Source: Negaprion brevirostris (taxonomy: Eukaryota). Taken from it: DNA of 64,000 nt. The notes beneath the pieces were generated by a model, which saw only the letters and a list, made by a program, of their open reading frames with translations, did not search any database and was not told the origin of the DNA. A program made the translations under genes and the position numbers. Of this stretch, positions 26,201-41,200 are shown piece after piece; within the stretch, counting starts at the first letter, position 1, and each line of letters begins with the position of its first letter. The DNA lies in contig JARDVH010000163.1 of the NCBI GenBank assembly GCA_030324005.1, forward strand, positions 39,928,364 to 39,992,363, given 5' to 3'.

Positions 26201-29200
26201 CAAAAATGTAAATAACATGGGAGGTATTGTATCAGTACCGTTTGTGTAATATGATCTGTATTAGAAATAAGTTTGAAAATATACTGAATTTTGAATATTG
26301 CAAAAAATTTCCATAAATTCAGGGCAAAGATTGTTAGATACTTTTTCAGATAAATAATGGAATTTCAGGTTATCAATGTGACATGGTTATAATAGTATCT
26401 TATGCTCATTAAAGGTTAGCTGTTACAGTGCTGTTCTCTCCCTAGATAGTTAGAAACAAAGAGGGATGTAGGTATTATTTGAATTGGGTATAAATTGCGA
26501 AAGATGGATACTCAGTGAGACCTTGGTGTCCTTGTGCATCAATTGCTGAAAGTAAGCGCATAGGTAATAAAAAAGACAAATGGTAAGTTAGCCTTCATAG
26601 CGAGAGGAATTGAGTATACAAATAAGCAAGTTTTACTACAATCGTATAGGGTGTTGGTGAGACCACACCTGAAGTATTGTGTGCGGTTTTGGTGTCCTTA
26701 GCTGAGGAATGATGTTCTTGCCATTGAGGGAGTAGAGTGAAGATTTACCAGGCTGATTTCGGGAATGGCAGGACTGTCATATGAGGAGAAACTAAGTTGG
26801 TTAGGATTGTAGTCATTGGAGTAGAATAGTGAGAGGGGATCTCATAGAAACTTATAAAATTCTAACAGGGTTAGACAGGGTAGATTAATAAAGAATGTTC
26901 CCAATGGTGTGGGAGTCCAGAACTAGGGGTCATAGTCAGAGGATAAGGGGTAAACCTTTTAGGACTGAGGTGAGTAGAAATTTCTTCGTCCACAGACTGA
27001 TGAATGTGTAGAATTCACTACTACTGGAAGTAGTTGAGGCCAAAACCTTGTGTGCTTTTACCAAGGAATTAGATATAGCTCTTGGAGCTAAAGGGATCAA
27101 GGGGTATGGGGGGAAGGAGGAATCATGGTATTGAATTTGATGGCAGAGCAAGCTCAAAGGGCTGAATAGCCTATTGCTGCTCCTAGCTTCTATGTAAAAG
27201 CTTGAAGTTTGTATAAATCTCAGCTAATCATTTGCTGTCTCCCCACTCCTTGCATTAGTGGTCCTGGAATGTGAATGATAAATCCAAACTTAGAATGGGA
27301 GATGATACATAACATATGTGTCACCTCCCATTTTATGGATTACCATGAATACACCAACATGAAAACAACAATTCAATCATTTCTCTTCACCTTCCATTGT
27401 CCCTGGTAACAAACAGTCATGGGGTGGGGGAGGAGGCTTCTGGTACCTGTACTTTTGCATCATTATAATTCTCATGTTTGTTCTGCAGTATGTCTGCATC
27501 AGATTTAAAAAAAAAACCTGCAATGTTTTTGGGTCTCTGACATGATTTCTGGTGCAGGAAAGGCTGTACCCAAGGGACAGCCTTTACTTGAACTTAAACA
27601 GCATTAGTGTTCTTGGAAATATTGCTGCAATGGGTGATTTGAAGCATTTTGTATGGGAATATGGGAGAAGTATAGAATGTTCTTCTGAATTTGGGAAAAC
27701 TTGATTGTACACAATTTCACAGTTTGTAAGCAGCACATCCAATCCTTGTGTGACTTCACAAGCCATTTTTCACACCAGGGTCAGGTTTGCAATGAGGTTT
27801 GGAAACTGTGCTGGAATGTATGAGGAGTGTGGGCTGGTTAGAAGACCCAACTTACTTCTCCAATACAGTATTGCACCTCCCGACAATATTTAAAGACCCC
27901 TAAGTCTCATCCCTTATCCCCATTTCAGCCCCCCATGCCACTTCTATGTCCCTCTCCCCTGTATCCTCCATAGCCACTCATCCAGTTGTACCATGTACAA
28001 TCTGTGGACTCCATGCAATATCAATATGTGGGGTGAGGTGGGTACCTCTCTCCATCTAATAAAAGCCTCCGTATCATTACTATTAAGAAAAATGTATTCT
28101 GCTATATGAAAAGCTTTGTAATGCTTGTAATCCTATTAGCCTGTAGCAACAAACCAGCAATCACATCAAAAGAACAATCTTATTCCAAGTTCTTGAAACT
28201 TCCATTCATTTTCAGATGGCACACTTACTGTGCTGAACCCCATTAACACTTGAAACTCAGTCTTGATAATTATCGTAAACAATATTGTCCAAACAATAAA
28301 CCACTGACTGTAGAAGAAAGAACAGAATAGGCTCATTTCAATTTCAAAGCAGATTGTCTTGCAATCAGTTTAAGGGAGCTGCTAGTTATGTTTTGCAAGT
28401 GTAAGGTTTCATTTTACAGTGACAAGGACAGTTTCCTTTTTGTCATTCAGATCATCTGACAAAAGATGACAGCAGAAGCTGAGAGGATATTTTGAATATT
28501 TTTCACTGCATTATGGTACTTTCTCTGTTGCAAAAGCACTGCAATGCATGTGAACAAATACACCAGGCTGGTCAATGGGAGTGTCAACTTCCCTTTAAAG
28601 GATAGGACCCTATGCAGAATCATTACATTTGATAACACATCTACGGAACAATACAGTACCTAATAGTGACATTTGAAGATATGAAAGCCACTTTATACTC
28701 GCCAGAACATTCCAAACTCCTCAGCAGCCATCCAATTTCCTTTTATGAGATCTCAAACCTGGTGTGCCTTTATAGATCTTACAAAATGCCATTACACCAG
28801 GGAAAAAAAAAGGCGTGTGTGGAAGGCAATCCAATTTCTGTCCTCATTTTAAAACTGGGAATCCAACCTCAGTCGTGACACATATACATTTTGCACAATA
28901 AGTTTACTCGACCTATGAAAAGGCGAGAGGGGAATGATGCTGGCTCAGGAGCGTGGAGGACAATCTGTATTCCTCCATTTAAAAACAAAGTGTAGCCACC
29001 AAAAGGTGCCTTCGCACCCAGACAAACATTTGGCACCAGAGAGGGAAAGTTTAACGTTTATTTATTAGTGCCGCAAGTAGACTTACATTAACATTGTAAT
29101 AAAAAGTTACTGTGAAAATCCCCTAGTCACCACACTCCAGCGCCGCCTTCAGGTTCACCAAGGGAGCATTTAGCATGGCCAATGCACCTAACTAACACGT

Positions 29201-32200
29201 TGTTCAAAAGGCAGGATTAATAATCTTTATGGAATGGAAAGCGAAGGCTTGGTTGAGATATATGGTGATACATACTATCAGACTGTAAGAGAACGTAAAT
29301 AGATAGAAAATAATGAGAAGTAAATTGTTGTAGAAGGAGCACAATGTCAAAAAAATTAAATGAGTAAATCAAAAGAAAACGGTTCAATTTATAGGTCAGC
29401 ATTGAGTTGTTATGGGGTCAGAATTGAATAGTTTTCATGAGAATGCAGAAAGGATTCGAAGCAAATTTGGAGAATTAGCATCAGTCATAAGAAGGAATAA
29501 TATCTAGTAGCTTTAGTGCTTATATTTTCAGGAGAGGTAGGAAGGGTAGATGGTAGACAGGGTAACTTTAATATACCATCTCTATGGATAAGATTGGAAA
29601 ATATAAAGGGAAATGTTACCATTTTATGATATGCAAAGAATTACAGGCCACTGAATGGTGGAAATCAAACAGGGGAATTCTGCAGACAATTCACAGATAC
29701 ATTAATAAAGGACAATAATATTACATGAATTTAACCACCCCAAGATAGTGAAAAATGTGGCTAAAGTGGGGGATGTTTATTAAAATAAATTCAAAACCGC
29801 TTCTTTGATCAATATATTTCTAGTCCAATGTGATGCATTTCCAGGAAATGTAGTGTAAGAAATAACAAAAGAAAGTGAGAGAACAATTGAGAAATAGTGA
29901 CCACAACATGGAAATGAAGTAGGAATCAAAATGATTAATGAAGAGTCAAATAAAACAGTGCTTATCAGGGAAAGTGTTTGGCTCTGTGAGATAAAAATGG
30001 AATCTGGCCAAACTTAAAAAATGAGCAACAGTCAACAGATTAGCAGGAGGAAATATTCCAATATGAGGAATATAGTGTATGATGTAAATATACCTCTAGA
30101 AGTTGAAAGGGCAATACATCAAGATTTAGAATCATATGGATAACTATATTAACATTACATAAAACATAAAAGGGGAGGCATATGATAAAGTTAGTGCAAA
30201 TATATTATAGATATTTGAGGAATATAGTAAATGTGTTAACTGAGGTGGGGTGGCACGGTGGCACAGTGGTTAGCACTGCTGATTCACAGCACCAGGGACA
30301 TGGGTTCAGTTCCTGGCTTGGGTCACTGTCTGTGTGGGTTTCCTCTGTGTTCTCAGGTTTCCTCCCACGGTCCAAAGATGTGCAGGTTTAGATTTACTGG
30401 CCATCCTTAATTAGCCCTTCATGTCAGCAGGGGCTAGCTAGGGCAAATGTATGGAGCTATGGGGAAAGGGTCTGGATGGGATTGTGGTTGGTGTAGGCTC
30501 AAAGAGCCGAATGACTTTCTTTGGCACTGTACGATTCTATGAGGTGAAAAAGGAGGTTGGATGGCCCAAAAGGAAATATGAAAAAGACTAACAAAAAGTA
30601 CAGGTGACATGAAAGGAACTGGAACCCCTACAAGCGTATAAAAGAAGGATAGATCTGAAGGAAGAAGTCTTATTGTGGAGATACCAATTAAATATTTTGC
30701 ATTGTTTTTACAAATGGTAATGTTTTTGAGTATGCAACAAATTGGTCAGATAAGGAAATATAGTAGATTTGAAGTGGGTTAGCACTGCTGCCTCACAGCA
30801 CCAGGGATCCAGGTTTGATTCCTGGCTTGAGTCACTGTGCGGAGTCTGCACATNNNNNNNNNNNNNNNNNNNNNNNNNNNNNNNNNNNNNNNNNNNNNNN
30901 NNNNNNNNNNNNNNNNNNNNNNNNNNNNNNNNNNNNNNNNNNNNNNNNNNNNNAGTCATTGTCTGTGCAGTTTGCACATTCTCCGTGTCTCTGTGTGCTC
31001 CAGGTGTTCAGGTTTCCTCCCACAGTTTGAAAGATGTGCTGATTAGGTGCATTGACCTGAACAGGCACCGGAATGTAGCGACTAGGGGAATTTCGCAGTA
31101 ACTTCATTGCAGTGTAAACGTTATCCTTACTTGTGACAAGTAAATAAACTTTAACTTTACTTTAGATTTAGTTTGAATTGATGTTCACGAGTTCAATGAG
31201 GTGGCTCATAAGAGGTGTTTTAATCAAACATAGATGTTTGTTATTAGATGGAACCTAATAGGTCAATTGGAATGTTGGTTGAGAGACAGAAAACAAAGAT
31301 TTAAGGTTAAGTAGGTGTTGCTTATAATTGAAGAAAGGTTATAAGCGATGTACCATAGGGGTCATGTTTGTTCTCTATATTGAACTTGGGTACAGAGAAT
31401 GCAGTTCAAAGGTTTGTTGACAACACAAAGGTGAGTATTTCACAAACAGTGAGGCAGAGTAGTGAAATGGAAGGACGGATACAAATTAACGTGCAGAAGT
31501 GTACTCATATATTTTTGAGGGGAGTGGAGAGTATATTAAAAGAAATTATGTTATGTGGATAGTCAGAGTCTCCAAGGTTCCGTTATATAACTCCCTGAAA
31601 TTGTGAATATAGGTAATTAAAGCTGTAAAAAGACCAATATAATTTTGAGTTAACCAATCTTAACGAATATAATTAAGACAGTGACGATTGCATCCTTTAA
31701 GAGAAAATCACATAAATATTTGAAGCAGAAGAAGATAGCAGGCTATGAGGACAATAAATTGGCACAGTGACGATGAATTGAGTGTCCTCCTTCTGTACTG
31801 TAAAGTTTGAATCAAACATCACATTTGTCCATGTTAGTCATGAGTACAGAGCTATCAATGGAACAGATATGGTGACACAAGTGACCTTTTCTTGTTGACG
31901 CTTTTATATGTTCTCATGTGGCAAAAGTGACTTGCAGTTCTCCTCTTCACAGTATTTACAAAAAAATGGAATAACAGAATGAACAGTTGGAGGCATGTAA
32001 TTATTTGTGCAATGGGAAACAGAAATTGGGCTTTTTCAGAGAATGTACCAGCTATCTTTCCTGTTTTACGCTATGAATGGATGTATATCTATGCTATTAA
32101 ATCTTACCTTGTTGTGTTATAGGTGCTGTTGGAGAAACTGTGTTGCATGTTGCAGCATTATATAACAGTAAGGAAGCTGCAATTATATTGCTCAATGCCT

Positions 32201-35200
32201 TTCCATTCTTAATTGATGAACCAATTGACTGCGAGATGTACAAGGGTAAGTGACTGCAATCTACGATTAAAATATCAAAATCACATACCCATCCTTCAGG
32301 AAAGTCTGATTTAAAAATACATTGTGGCTTTATTTAATTTTGAATATTTTTCTTTGACAAGCTCAGCTTTGTCAGTGTAAACTCATTTAATATCAGGNNN
32401 NNNNNNNNNNNNNNNNNNNNNNNNNNNNNNNNAGAGACGTCAGGGGAATTGATCCAAATAGACATAATAACGTTTTCTGAGTGAAATGTTAAGTGATGAC
32501 AATCGTGTGAAGAATGTTTCTCTTGCCAAAAAAAATCACTTGCTACTTCCCCTGTCCTTGTCAGTCACTCTGACTTATTTTATTCTGCAATGTTCTGAAA
32601 CAAGTCATCGTTATCCTACTTTGTGTCCCCCTCTCCATGTCTGATCCTTTCAATCTGGGACTGAATTTCATGGTATCCCGGGGATGCTGATGATAGGGAA
32701 TAAATGAGGGGCAGACGAGGAGAACATTATATTGGATGCATGCCAGATCCAACACTATCCACCCACACCCTATTTCAATTTTGTCAGTGGTGAGGAAGCC
32801 CAGCCACTAACTGGCAGCACAAGACTGCAAAACCTCTCTATTATAATGGTGTGGAAATAAACTTTACAGTTGTTACGTACCTAATTGGTGAACAGGAATT
32901 ACTACATTGGCAATGAGGGTAAAAAAAGGCAGTCCCAAAATTGAGAGCTTAAAACCCCAATGAATCTGAGCTAAAGTTCAGACTCAGAGCAGTGTTTGTA
33001 GATATGTCTCTATTCGGACAGATTGATCCCTTGATGCCTCAATGGAGGATTGGACACAGACTATTGAACATTTGGGCTACTATTTCCAGGCCAGTGGACT
33101 AGAAGAGGAGAGGAAGAGAAAGGCAAACATCCTGGGTGCATGTGGGACTCTGGCTTACAATTAATCGGCCTCCTTACATCCCCAAACATACCTGATTCCA
33201 GATCATTCATGGGGATAGTTGAGTTGGTGAAAGCACAATATCATCCAAAGCTCTCAATCATCCAGCAGCAGTTTAAGTTCAGTTAGAGACAGAGCTCCAG
33301 GGGAGACCACTACAGCCTATATTGCCAAGTTGAGACAGATCCCCAAACACAGTAACTTCGGAGTCACTTGCTACGCTCAGATATGGTTTAGTCTGCGAGA
33401 TAAATAACAAGGCATCCAAAGGAAGCTGTTAGCAGGGGCAGATATACATTTTAAAGAAGATACTGGAGATAGCACTGCTGATGCAGAGTGCTCAGAAGTG
33501 TATAGGAGTTTTAGAGTACACAAAATGGCAGAGTTCACTAGTTTGGATGGGAAGCTGAAGTCAGCAGTAGCACCAAGAACAAATATGTGATTTTAAGATG
33601 GGAAGCTAATGCAGCCACAGGAGAACCCAAAAATCTACAAGATCAAATCAATCGCCTTGGATTGAGTAGAGTGTTAGCATTATGGGGGTAACCACTCCCC
33701 TGAAACCTGCAGGTATAACGAGGATGAATGTTTTTCCTGTCACAGCAAAGATCACTTAAGACATCGATGTAATGTCAAGTCTACCCTGTCACAGAGCTAG
33801 TAATGCATCACAAGTACATAATATGGAAGAGTCCAGGACAAATGATTTAAATGTTCATTTAAATGTAACACCGATTATTGTGATGCTTTTGGTAAATGGT
33901 AAGCCATGAAATATGAGTGTTGACACAGGACCCTCTGCCACAGTGATAGGAGAACACACATTTCACAAGAGGGAGCCTATCTGTTGGGTTTGAAGAGCAT
34001 GGCAGCAAAATTAACAACTCAGCCCAGCTCCCAACAACCATGATGTTGTGCCAACGACCAACTTTTCTGGGCTGTGATTGTGTGAAGGAAGTCAAGTTAA
34101 ACTGGATGGAGATCTTCCCAGTGCTACAAGGAGGACTGGCTGAGTTAATGAAGAAGTATGAGAACATTTTCTGTGACGAGTTGGGTAAAATAAAGAGGTT
34201 TACAGGCAAGGATCGATGAGGTCCAGAGGCGACCCCTTGTTTTTTTCAGGACTGGAATTGTATGCCTTGTGAGAAAAGCTGGATAAGGAATTGAAGAGAT
34301 GGAAGAACTGGGTATTATCCAGACAGTTCAATTCAGTGGGCAGCACTCATAGTGCCCGTGATAAAGCCTGACAAGAGTGTCTGCATCTGTAGAGAGTACA
34401 AATTTATAATTAATCACGCTGGCAAGTTAGATAAGTATCCAGTCCTGACGATTGAAGATTTGTATGCAAAGTTGACTGGAGGTCAGTCTTGTACAAAGCT
34501 AGATTTGAGCCAGGCATATCAGCAGCTTGAGTTAGATGATGTATCCAGAGGTTATGTTACGATAAACACACACGTTTGTTTCAGTACATGCACTTACTGT
34601 TTCGTGTGCTGTTGACATGTGATATCTTCCCAAGAACAATGGAGAGTACGTTGCAAGGACTGCCACAAGTTGTTGTAAACCTGTTTTGATAACTGGATCG
34701 ACAGAAACTGAGCGTCTAGCTAACTTAGAAGAGGTGTTCAAGTGACTTAAAGAGGCAGGAGTTAATCTGAAGAAGGAGAAATGTACTTTTCAAGTCACTG
34801 AGAGAGCCTGCCTTGGATACTCTACAGGTGCACAAGGATTACGCTCCATGGAAGTTCAGGTTAGATCAATAAAGGAGGCATCGGCCCCCAGAAACACATC
34901 TGAGCTCAAGTCAGCCTGAGAAATGGTGAATTATTATGGGAGGTTTCTACCAAATTTGTCAATATTTTTGGTTCCTTAATATTTGCTGCTAAAGAAACAC
35001 CAGGGTTGGCTTTGGAAGATGCCCCAGAGAGAAGCTTTTAACAGAGTAAAGCAATTGTTACATTTCAAGTTTATTGGTGCATTTTGACACGTTTTAAGAA
35101 TTGGTGTTAACCTATGATGCCTCCTATATGGTGTCAGTGAAGTGTGGTCCCCTGTGAAGGACAATGTAACTGAAAGACTGATAGGATATGTCTCGAGAAC

Positions 35201-38200
35201 CCTCTCGAGAAACCTCTCAGAAAGAATGAATACAATGTGAGTCGTATGAAGAAATTTCACCAGTACATTACCACTGTTACAGATGAAAAGCCACTCTTGG
35301 GTCTTTTTGAAGAAGACAGGGCTATTCTGCCAATCACGTTGTCAAGAATTCAGCATTGGACATTAATTCCATCAGCCTACAAATGTACGTTCAAGCACTG
35401 GCCTGGAGCAGACATGGCAAATGCGGATGCGCTTAGTCTCCTGCCTTTACTAGAGAGTGTAGCACCTCCCCAGTACCACAGGAAATTGAATTTCTTTGAA
35501 TCGTTGCCAATTTTGGCGTAGTAAATCAAGTATTGGATCAAAAGGGATCTGCCGTTGTCCAAAGAAAGGCACAGGATGCTAGTATATTGGGCCAGTGACC
35601 CAGTTTCTGAAGAGATGAAGCTATACTGTATAAGAAAGAATGAATTAAGTTGTGAAGATGGCATCATACTTTGGAAGCAAGAGTAATCGTTCCTGTACCA
35701 GGAAGGGAGTTGCCCCTAACCAAATTGCACAATATCCATCTGGGTATTTCTAAAATGAAGTTTGCCAGGAGTTATGTATGGTGGCCTGGCATTGATGCTG
35801 ACATTGAGAGTCTAATAAAGCACTGTGAACTGTGCCAGTGGCAACAAAGGTTGCCTGCTACAACCCACTGCACCCAAGGAAATGGCCTGGACAACCATTG
35901 GTATGCATACACATTGATTATGTTGAGCCGTTTGTGGCATTACCTTCCCAACCTCCCCTCTCCCTCTACTCCCAAACTCTCTTTGAAATCCCTTTGGCTG
36001 ACTTCATCCATCCTCACTTTCAAAAGTTCCTTAAAACTTACTCCTTTGACTCTGACTCTGTCTTTAGTCACCTCCTATAGTTTCCTCCCTTTCTTGTTGG
36101 GATCTCAAGCTATGAAATGCCTTGGAATATGTTACTATGCTAAAGTTGCAACATAAATAACTTGTTAGTGTCAGGAAGGATGTTATACTTGGAAGTGAAA
36201 TCAAACTCCCAGGTCAGGTGTAGCACAGCTAAATGCATGCTGAAGTATCCTAAACTTTATGCCTGAGTTCTAATGATAGGAGAGTATCAGGGTGATGTTT
36301 CAGTTTTCAAAGGCAGCCTTGAGGCTTTTCTGACTGTTATGATTGATGTTGAATAAGGGGCAGCTTTGTACAATGTAATCAGAATCAGAAACTGGGCTAT
36401 GCTATATTTTCACATTGACTCTAATAGCCAAAAGAGAGTGAGAAGTTCTACTCGTAGAATCATAGAATCCCTACAGTTCAGAAAGAGGCCATTTAGCCCA
36501 TCGAGCCTCCCATCAACAGTACCACCCAGGCCCTATCCCTGTAACCCCACACGCTTTTACTCAGCTAACCTCCGTGACACTAAGGGACAATTGAGCTAAT
36601 CTGAACACATGTTTGGAGGGCGGGAGAAAACCAGAGCACCCGAAGGAAACCCATGCAGACACGAGGAGAATGTGCAAGGCTGGAATTGAACTCAGGCCCC
36701 TGGAGCTGAGTGGCAGCAGTGCTAACCACTGTACCATCGTTCCACTCTTCCATCTGTTTGGACTAAAATTAAGCCAAAATCAGTGCAAAGAAAGAAGAGT
36801 GTAAAATTGTCACATAGATAATGCTCAGAAATTAAACTCTCATAAATGTGACCTTTGATGTGATTGCTCATCAGCAGTATTGTTTTCATAAAATGATAGC
36901 CCATATTAAGGCCAATGAATGAATGAAAGATGAGTATTTCTTTAGTTGTTTGTCTAGATATATTAAATAAAAGACTTCGTCAAGACATTTCTTTGCTTTT
37001 TTTAGTGGGACGTATATATGATATTGGAGTTATGAGTAATTAAGATCATTTGCCCAGATCTTCTAGTCAGTGCTGATGCTGTGCACATTGATGCTGCTTC
37101 TGAAGATTTCTGCGACCTGACCCTTTTTCTGATTTTTCCACTGGAATTTCTTATCCCATCTGAAGCATGGATAAGTCAGCGCACATGTTCTTAGAGAAGA
37201 CTGTTGGGCAAAGACGGGACAAAATTGGTTGACTTATTCAGTTAGATATTTAAAGGTTCAAGCCCTTCAGCGGGTGCCTGGTTCAGTAGGTGGTTGAATC
37301 GGGGGTTATCAAGATGGGGGGCACAGTGGCACTATTGCCTCAAAGACCTGGGTTCAATTCCGGCCTTGGTTGACTGTCTGCACATTCTCCCTGCCTCTAT
37401 GTGGGTTTCCTCCAACAGTCCAAAGATGTGCAGGTTAGGTGGATTAGCCATGCTAAATTGCCCATTTTTGTCCCAAAAGATGTGTGGGTTAGATGGTAAA
37501 TGTGTGTGGGGTTACAGGGATAGGGCAGGGGGGAGGTTTTAGTAAAATACTCTGTCAGAAAGTCAGTGCAGACCCTGGGCCGAACAGCCCCTTTTGCACT
37601 GTAGGGATTCTGAGGGGGTTCAGTTAAGTTACACTGGCTAATCACTGTGTTAGACCATGTATTAAGCAGCATAACTTTTGCAGGGTAAGTATGAAGGTAA
37701 GTCCAGTATATCTGACCCACGTTCCTGATGTTGATCTCCATGTCAGAAACATCCATAGAGGTTCCAGGGCAACAGAAATTAGCCTATCATAAGTATAAAT
37801 TTTCCATACAATTTTAACACGTGTGTGTATGTTCGGACTTCCACGTGGTCCTGACCTGCATCTCTTAACTTGCATCNNNNNNNNNNNNNNNNNNNNNNNN
37901 NNNNNNNNNNNNNNNNNNNNNNNNNNNNNNNNNNNNNNNNNNNNNNNNNNNNNNNNNNNNNNNNNNNNNNNNNNNNCAATCTCCATCAATCCAGACACTA
38001 GAAAATTTGGGTTCATTATTATTTTTAGTAAAAATCAATTGCTTCCCTTTCCAAAAACACACTTAGTTGTATATTTTCAAATTATTAATTCATACAGCAA
38101 AAACACCAATCAAGTAAGTTGAAGATTACACATTGTACATATACTTACTCAACAAACTGTAATTTACAATAATACTAGAATAGATGATCTGTCTTCAGGT

Positions 38201-41200
38201 GAAACTGCACTGCACATTGCAGTGGTGAATCAGAATGTGGACCTTATTAAGGAGCTGCTGGCACTAAATGCAGACATAAAACATTCTCGTGCTGTAGGGA
38301 CGTTTTTCACTCCAGGAAAAGACTGTCGATGTTATTATGGTACGGTAAGATTTCCTAACTGCATTTACAATAAAATTAAGTTCTGTGCTGCTTTCACTGT
38401 TTTAAATTATGTTGCAATGGTGATACGTATTTGATTGCAATTCAGTTGGTAGTGGTAAATGTTACACTTGATCCCAACATCCCTGCTTTAAGGTTGGCAG
38501 TAGATTGAAAGAATCCTGATTGTTAAACAGTGATTCCTGCAAAAAATGGAGTGAGAATATGATCTGCCTTGGCTGTTCTGTCCCTTGCAATCAAATATCC
38601 TGTTAATAATAACTGGTCAAATTCATAATTGAAGTATTCCCACATCAGAGGGAGCTTGGAGGGATGCTTGTATTCATAAAAGTGCATATCCATAAGTTAA
38701 GTATGTATACCCCTTTCAGGACAGGAGGGAAGAAACTTGAGATGGAGGGCAAAGAATAATTTTATTTTGAGTCTTTCACTCATGTTCATGTGTTTGTGAT
38801 AATCCTTCCAGCACAGAAATTATTCTGTCTCCAGAGTTGATACTGACTGTCTATGTTAAAGTGAAAGTAGGTGCTAACAGATTGGCAGCCCAATTTACAC
38901 TTCTACCCGCTATTTCTATTTCCATTGACGCCGATGAGAGTGACAGACAAGGGTGAGATGTAACAGAGTCTGTCAATTTACAAACACCCATTTTTTTTCA
39001 ATTTGTGCGTAGGTTGCCCTGCCCTAATTGTCCTCAAGTGGGTAAGGGTCACTCACCTTCTTGAACTGCTGCAGTCCAGGAGGCGTAAGTGCACCCATGG
39101 TGCTTTTGCAGGGGGTCGGAGCGGTTTTAGGGTTTTGTCCAAATGCCAGTGCGTTGGAAATTTAGTTACAAATCAGAATGTTCTGTGATCTACAGGACAA
39201 AGTGAAAATCTGGTCCATTGTCTCAGATAGAGTGTGTTGACACTGAAATCCTTAATACTGCCCTTATTTTAGAGATTTTATACCAATAAAAACATAAAAT
39301 CAAGGATGGAATATGATCATTGAAACCCATCTTTATGGTATTTGAATTTTCTCAATTGAGCATCAAACTGGATTGAATAAGTCGAATGTTTTTATTTCTA
39401 TAAACTTTTCCTATTGTTCAAAATGTTAACCCAGGAGTAAAAATATTTTTCAATATTTGTCATAAATCTACTCTTAAATAAGTTAAATTTGTGTTATCAT
39501 ACTGAGTGGTTTAGCTTGAAGCAATGTTCTGGATTTATCTTTATGTATGTATGTATGTATCGTTTAATCCTCTATAAGTCTCAATATGTTCCTGTTTTAA
39601 TCATCTCCTTAATTATTTTTTAAAGACCTGTAATGGAGTTTTTCTTTCATCCTACTGCAGGTCTTTATAATGCACTGAGTTTTCATATTCCCAATAATTT
39701 CCTCCAACTCTATTGGATGCAGTTAGTTACTTTTCTATGCAAACAGAAGCAGTTTATTTAATTTAACTTCAAAATAGTCTTCACATGCCACATGGCCATC
39801 AAGACAGAGCTTTATAATGATACTCATAACTTTCAAAAGCAGAATTCTTTAATTTGTGTCAGAGGATCTTAGAATGGTACAGAGGGAGACCCATCATGTC
39901 TATGAAAAAGCTGTCCAATCGGTCCCAATTCCTAATCTTTCCTAGTAGGCCTGTGTTTTTTTTTAATTTTCATACATTTATCTACTCCATGTTTGAAATG
40001 TATTATTGAATCTGCTTCATCCACCTTCTCAGGCAATGTATTCCACATCATAACTTTTGAATAAAATAATTTCTCTTCATTCCTCCTGTGGTCCATTTGC
40101 TAATTACCTTAAATTTGTGCCCTGTGGTTACAAAGCAGTTTCTTCTGATTTATTCTATCAATGTATGAGAACTTGAATACCTCTATCCAATCTCCCTTTA
40201 ACCTTCTCTGTTATAAGGACAAAGTTGCTCTAGCCTTTTCCATACAACTGAAGTCTTTCATCCCTGATACAATTCTAGTAAATCATCTTTGTGCTCTCTG
40301 AAGGAATTACACCCTTCCTAAAGATCGATGCCTAGGATTGGTCACCAGGTGACCTTTCTACGATTAGTGCTTTTAAGTACCTCCTCTACATCTATTGTCA
40401 TTCAATTCAATGTTCCTATTAACTCCTTCTTTATTGTCACGCTGATAGCATTCACTTCTTTAGTGTTGACAGATGCATTTTATTTTATTCATTCATGGGT
40501 TTGCTGGCTGGCAGGATTTATTGCCCATCCCTAGTTGCTCTTAGAGGGCAGTTGAGAGTTAACCACATTGCTGTGGCTCTGGAGCCACAGGTAGACCATA
40601 CCAGGTAAGGATGGCAAATTTCCTTCCTCAAGGACATTACTGAACCAGATGGGTTTTTTCAACAATCGACAATGGTTTTACAGTCATCGGTACATTTTTC
40701 GTTTCACATTTTTTATTGAATTTAAATTCCATCATATGTCATGGCAGGATTTAAACACAGGTCCCCAGAACATCAGCTCAGTTTCTGGATAAATAGTTGA
40801 GCGATAATACCAGTAGGCCATCGCCACCCCATCAGCATTGATTTAGTACCTCAGCCATGCCTTTTACAATCATAGGAAGGTCTCCTTCTTTGGTCCTCAC
40901 CAGCCCACACTTCCTTTGACTGCCTTTTTACTATTTATATGTCCTTATATATGATCCCAAAGTCCAATGAGTCTGAAGACTTGTCACTCATACCATTTCT
41001 TCAATCACACTTATCTTCTGACCCTGAATTCATAGCAGGTAGAGACAACTGCATTTCAGATCCCACTCTATAACTTGCTGTCTAGCTCCTGATCTGACAA
41101 GTTGCTGAAAGAGCATTTGATCTATCACAGTTAACTACAAGGTTACACCATGCTCATGATCTGCTTGACAGTGGACAAGATGACCCTCCTGGGACCCTAT

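Larger units (their letters stand above)
29210..31800 (+). mobile_element. Old, fragmented CR1 LINE hosting two SINEs
   Basis: Purine-rich decayed ORF2 with RFVDNTKV (ORF 31368..31562) and a CR1-like end cctccttctgtactgtaa. Confidence 0.5.

Noticed and set aside
30248-30320. tRNA-like A and B boxes (also in the other SINE heads)
   Set aside because: These are SINE heads continuing into core and tail sequence, not cloverleaf tRNA genes.
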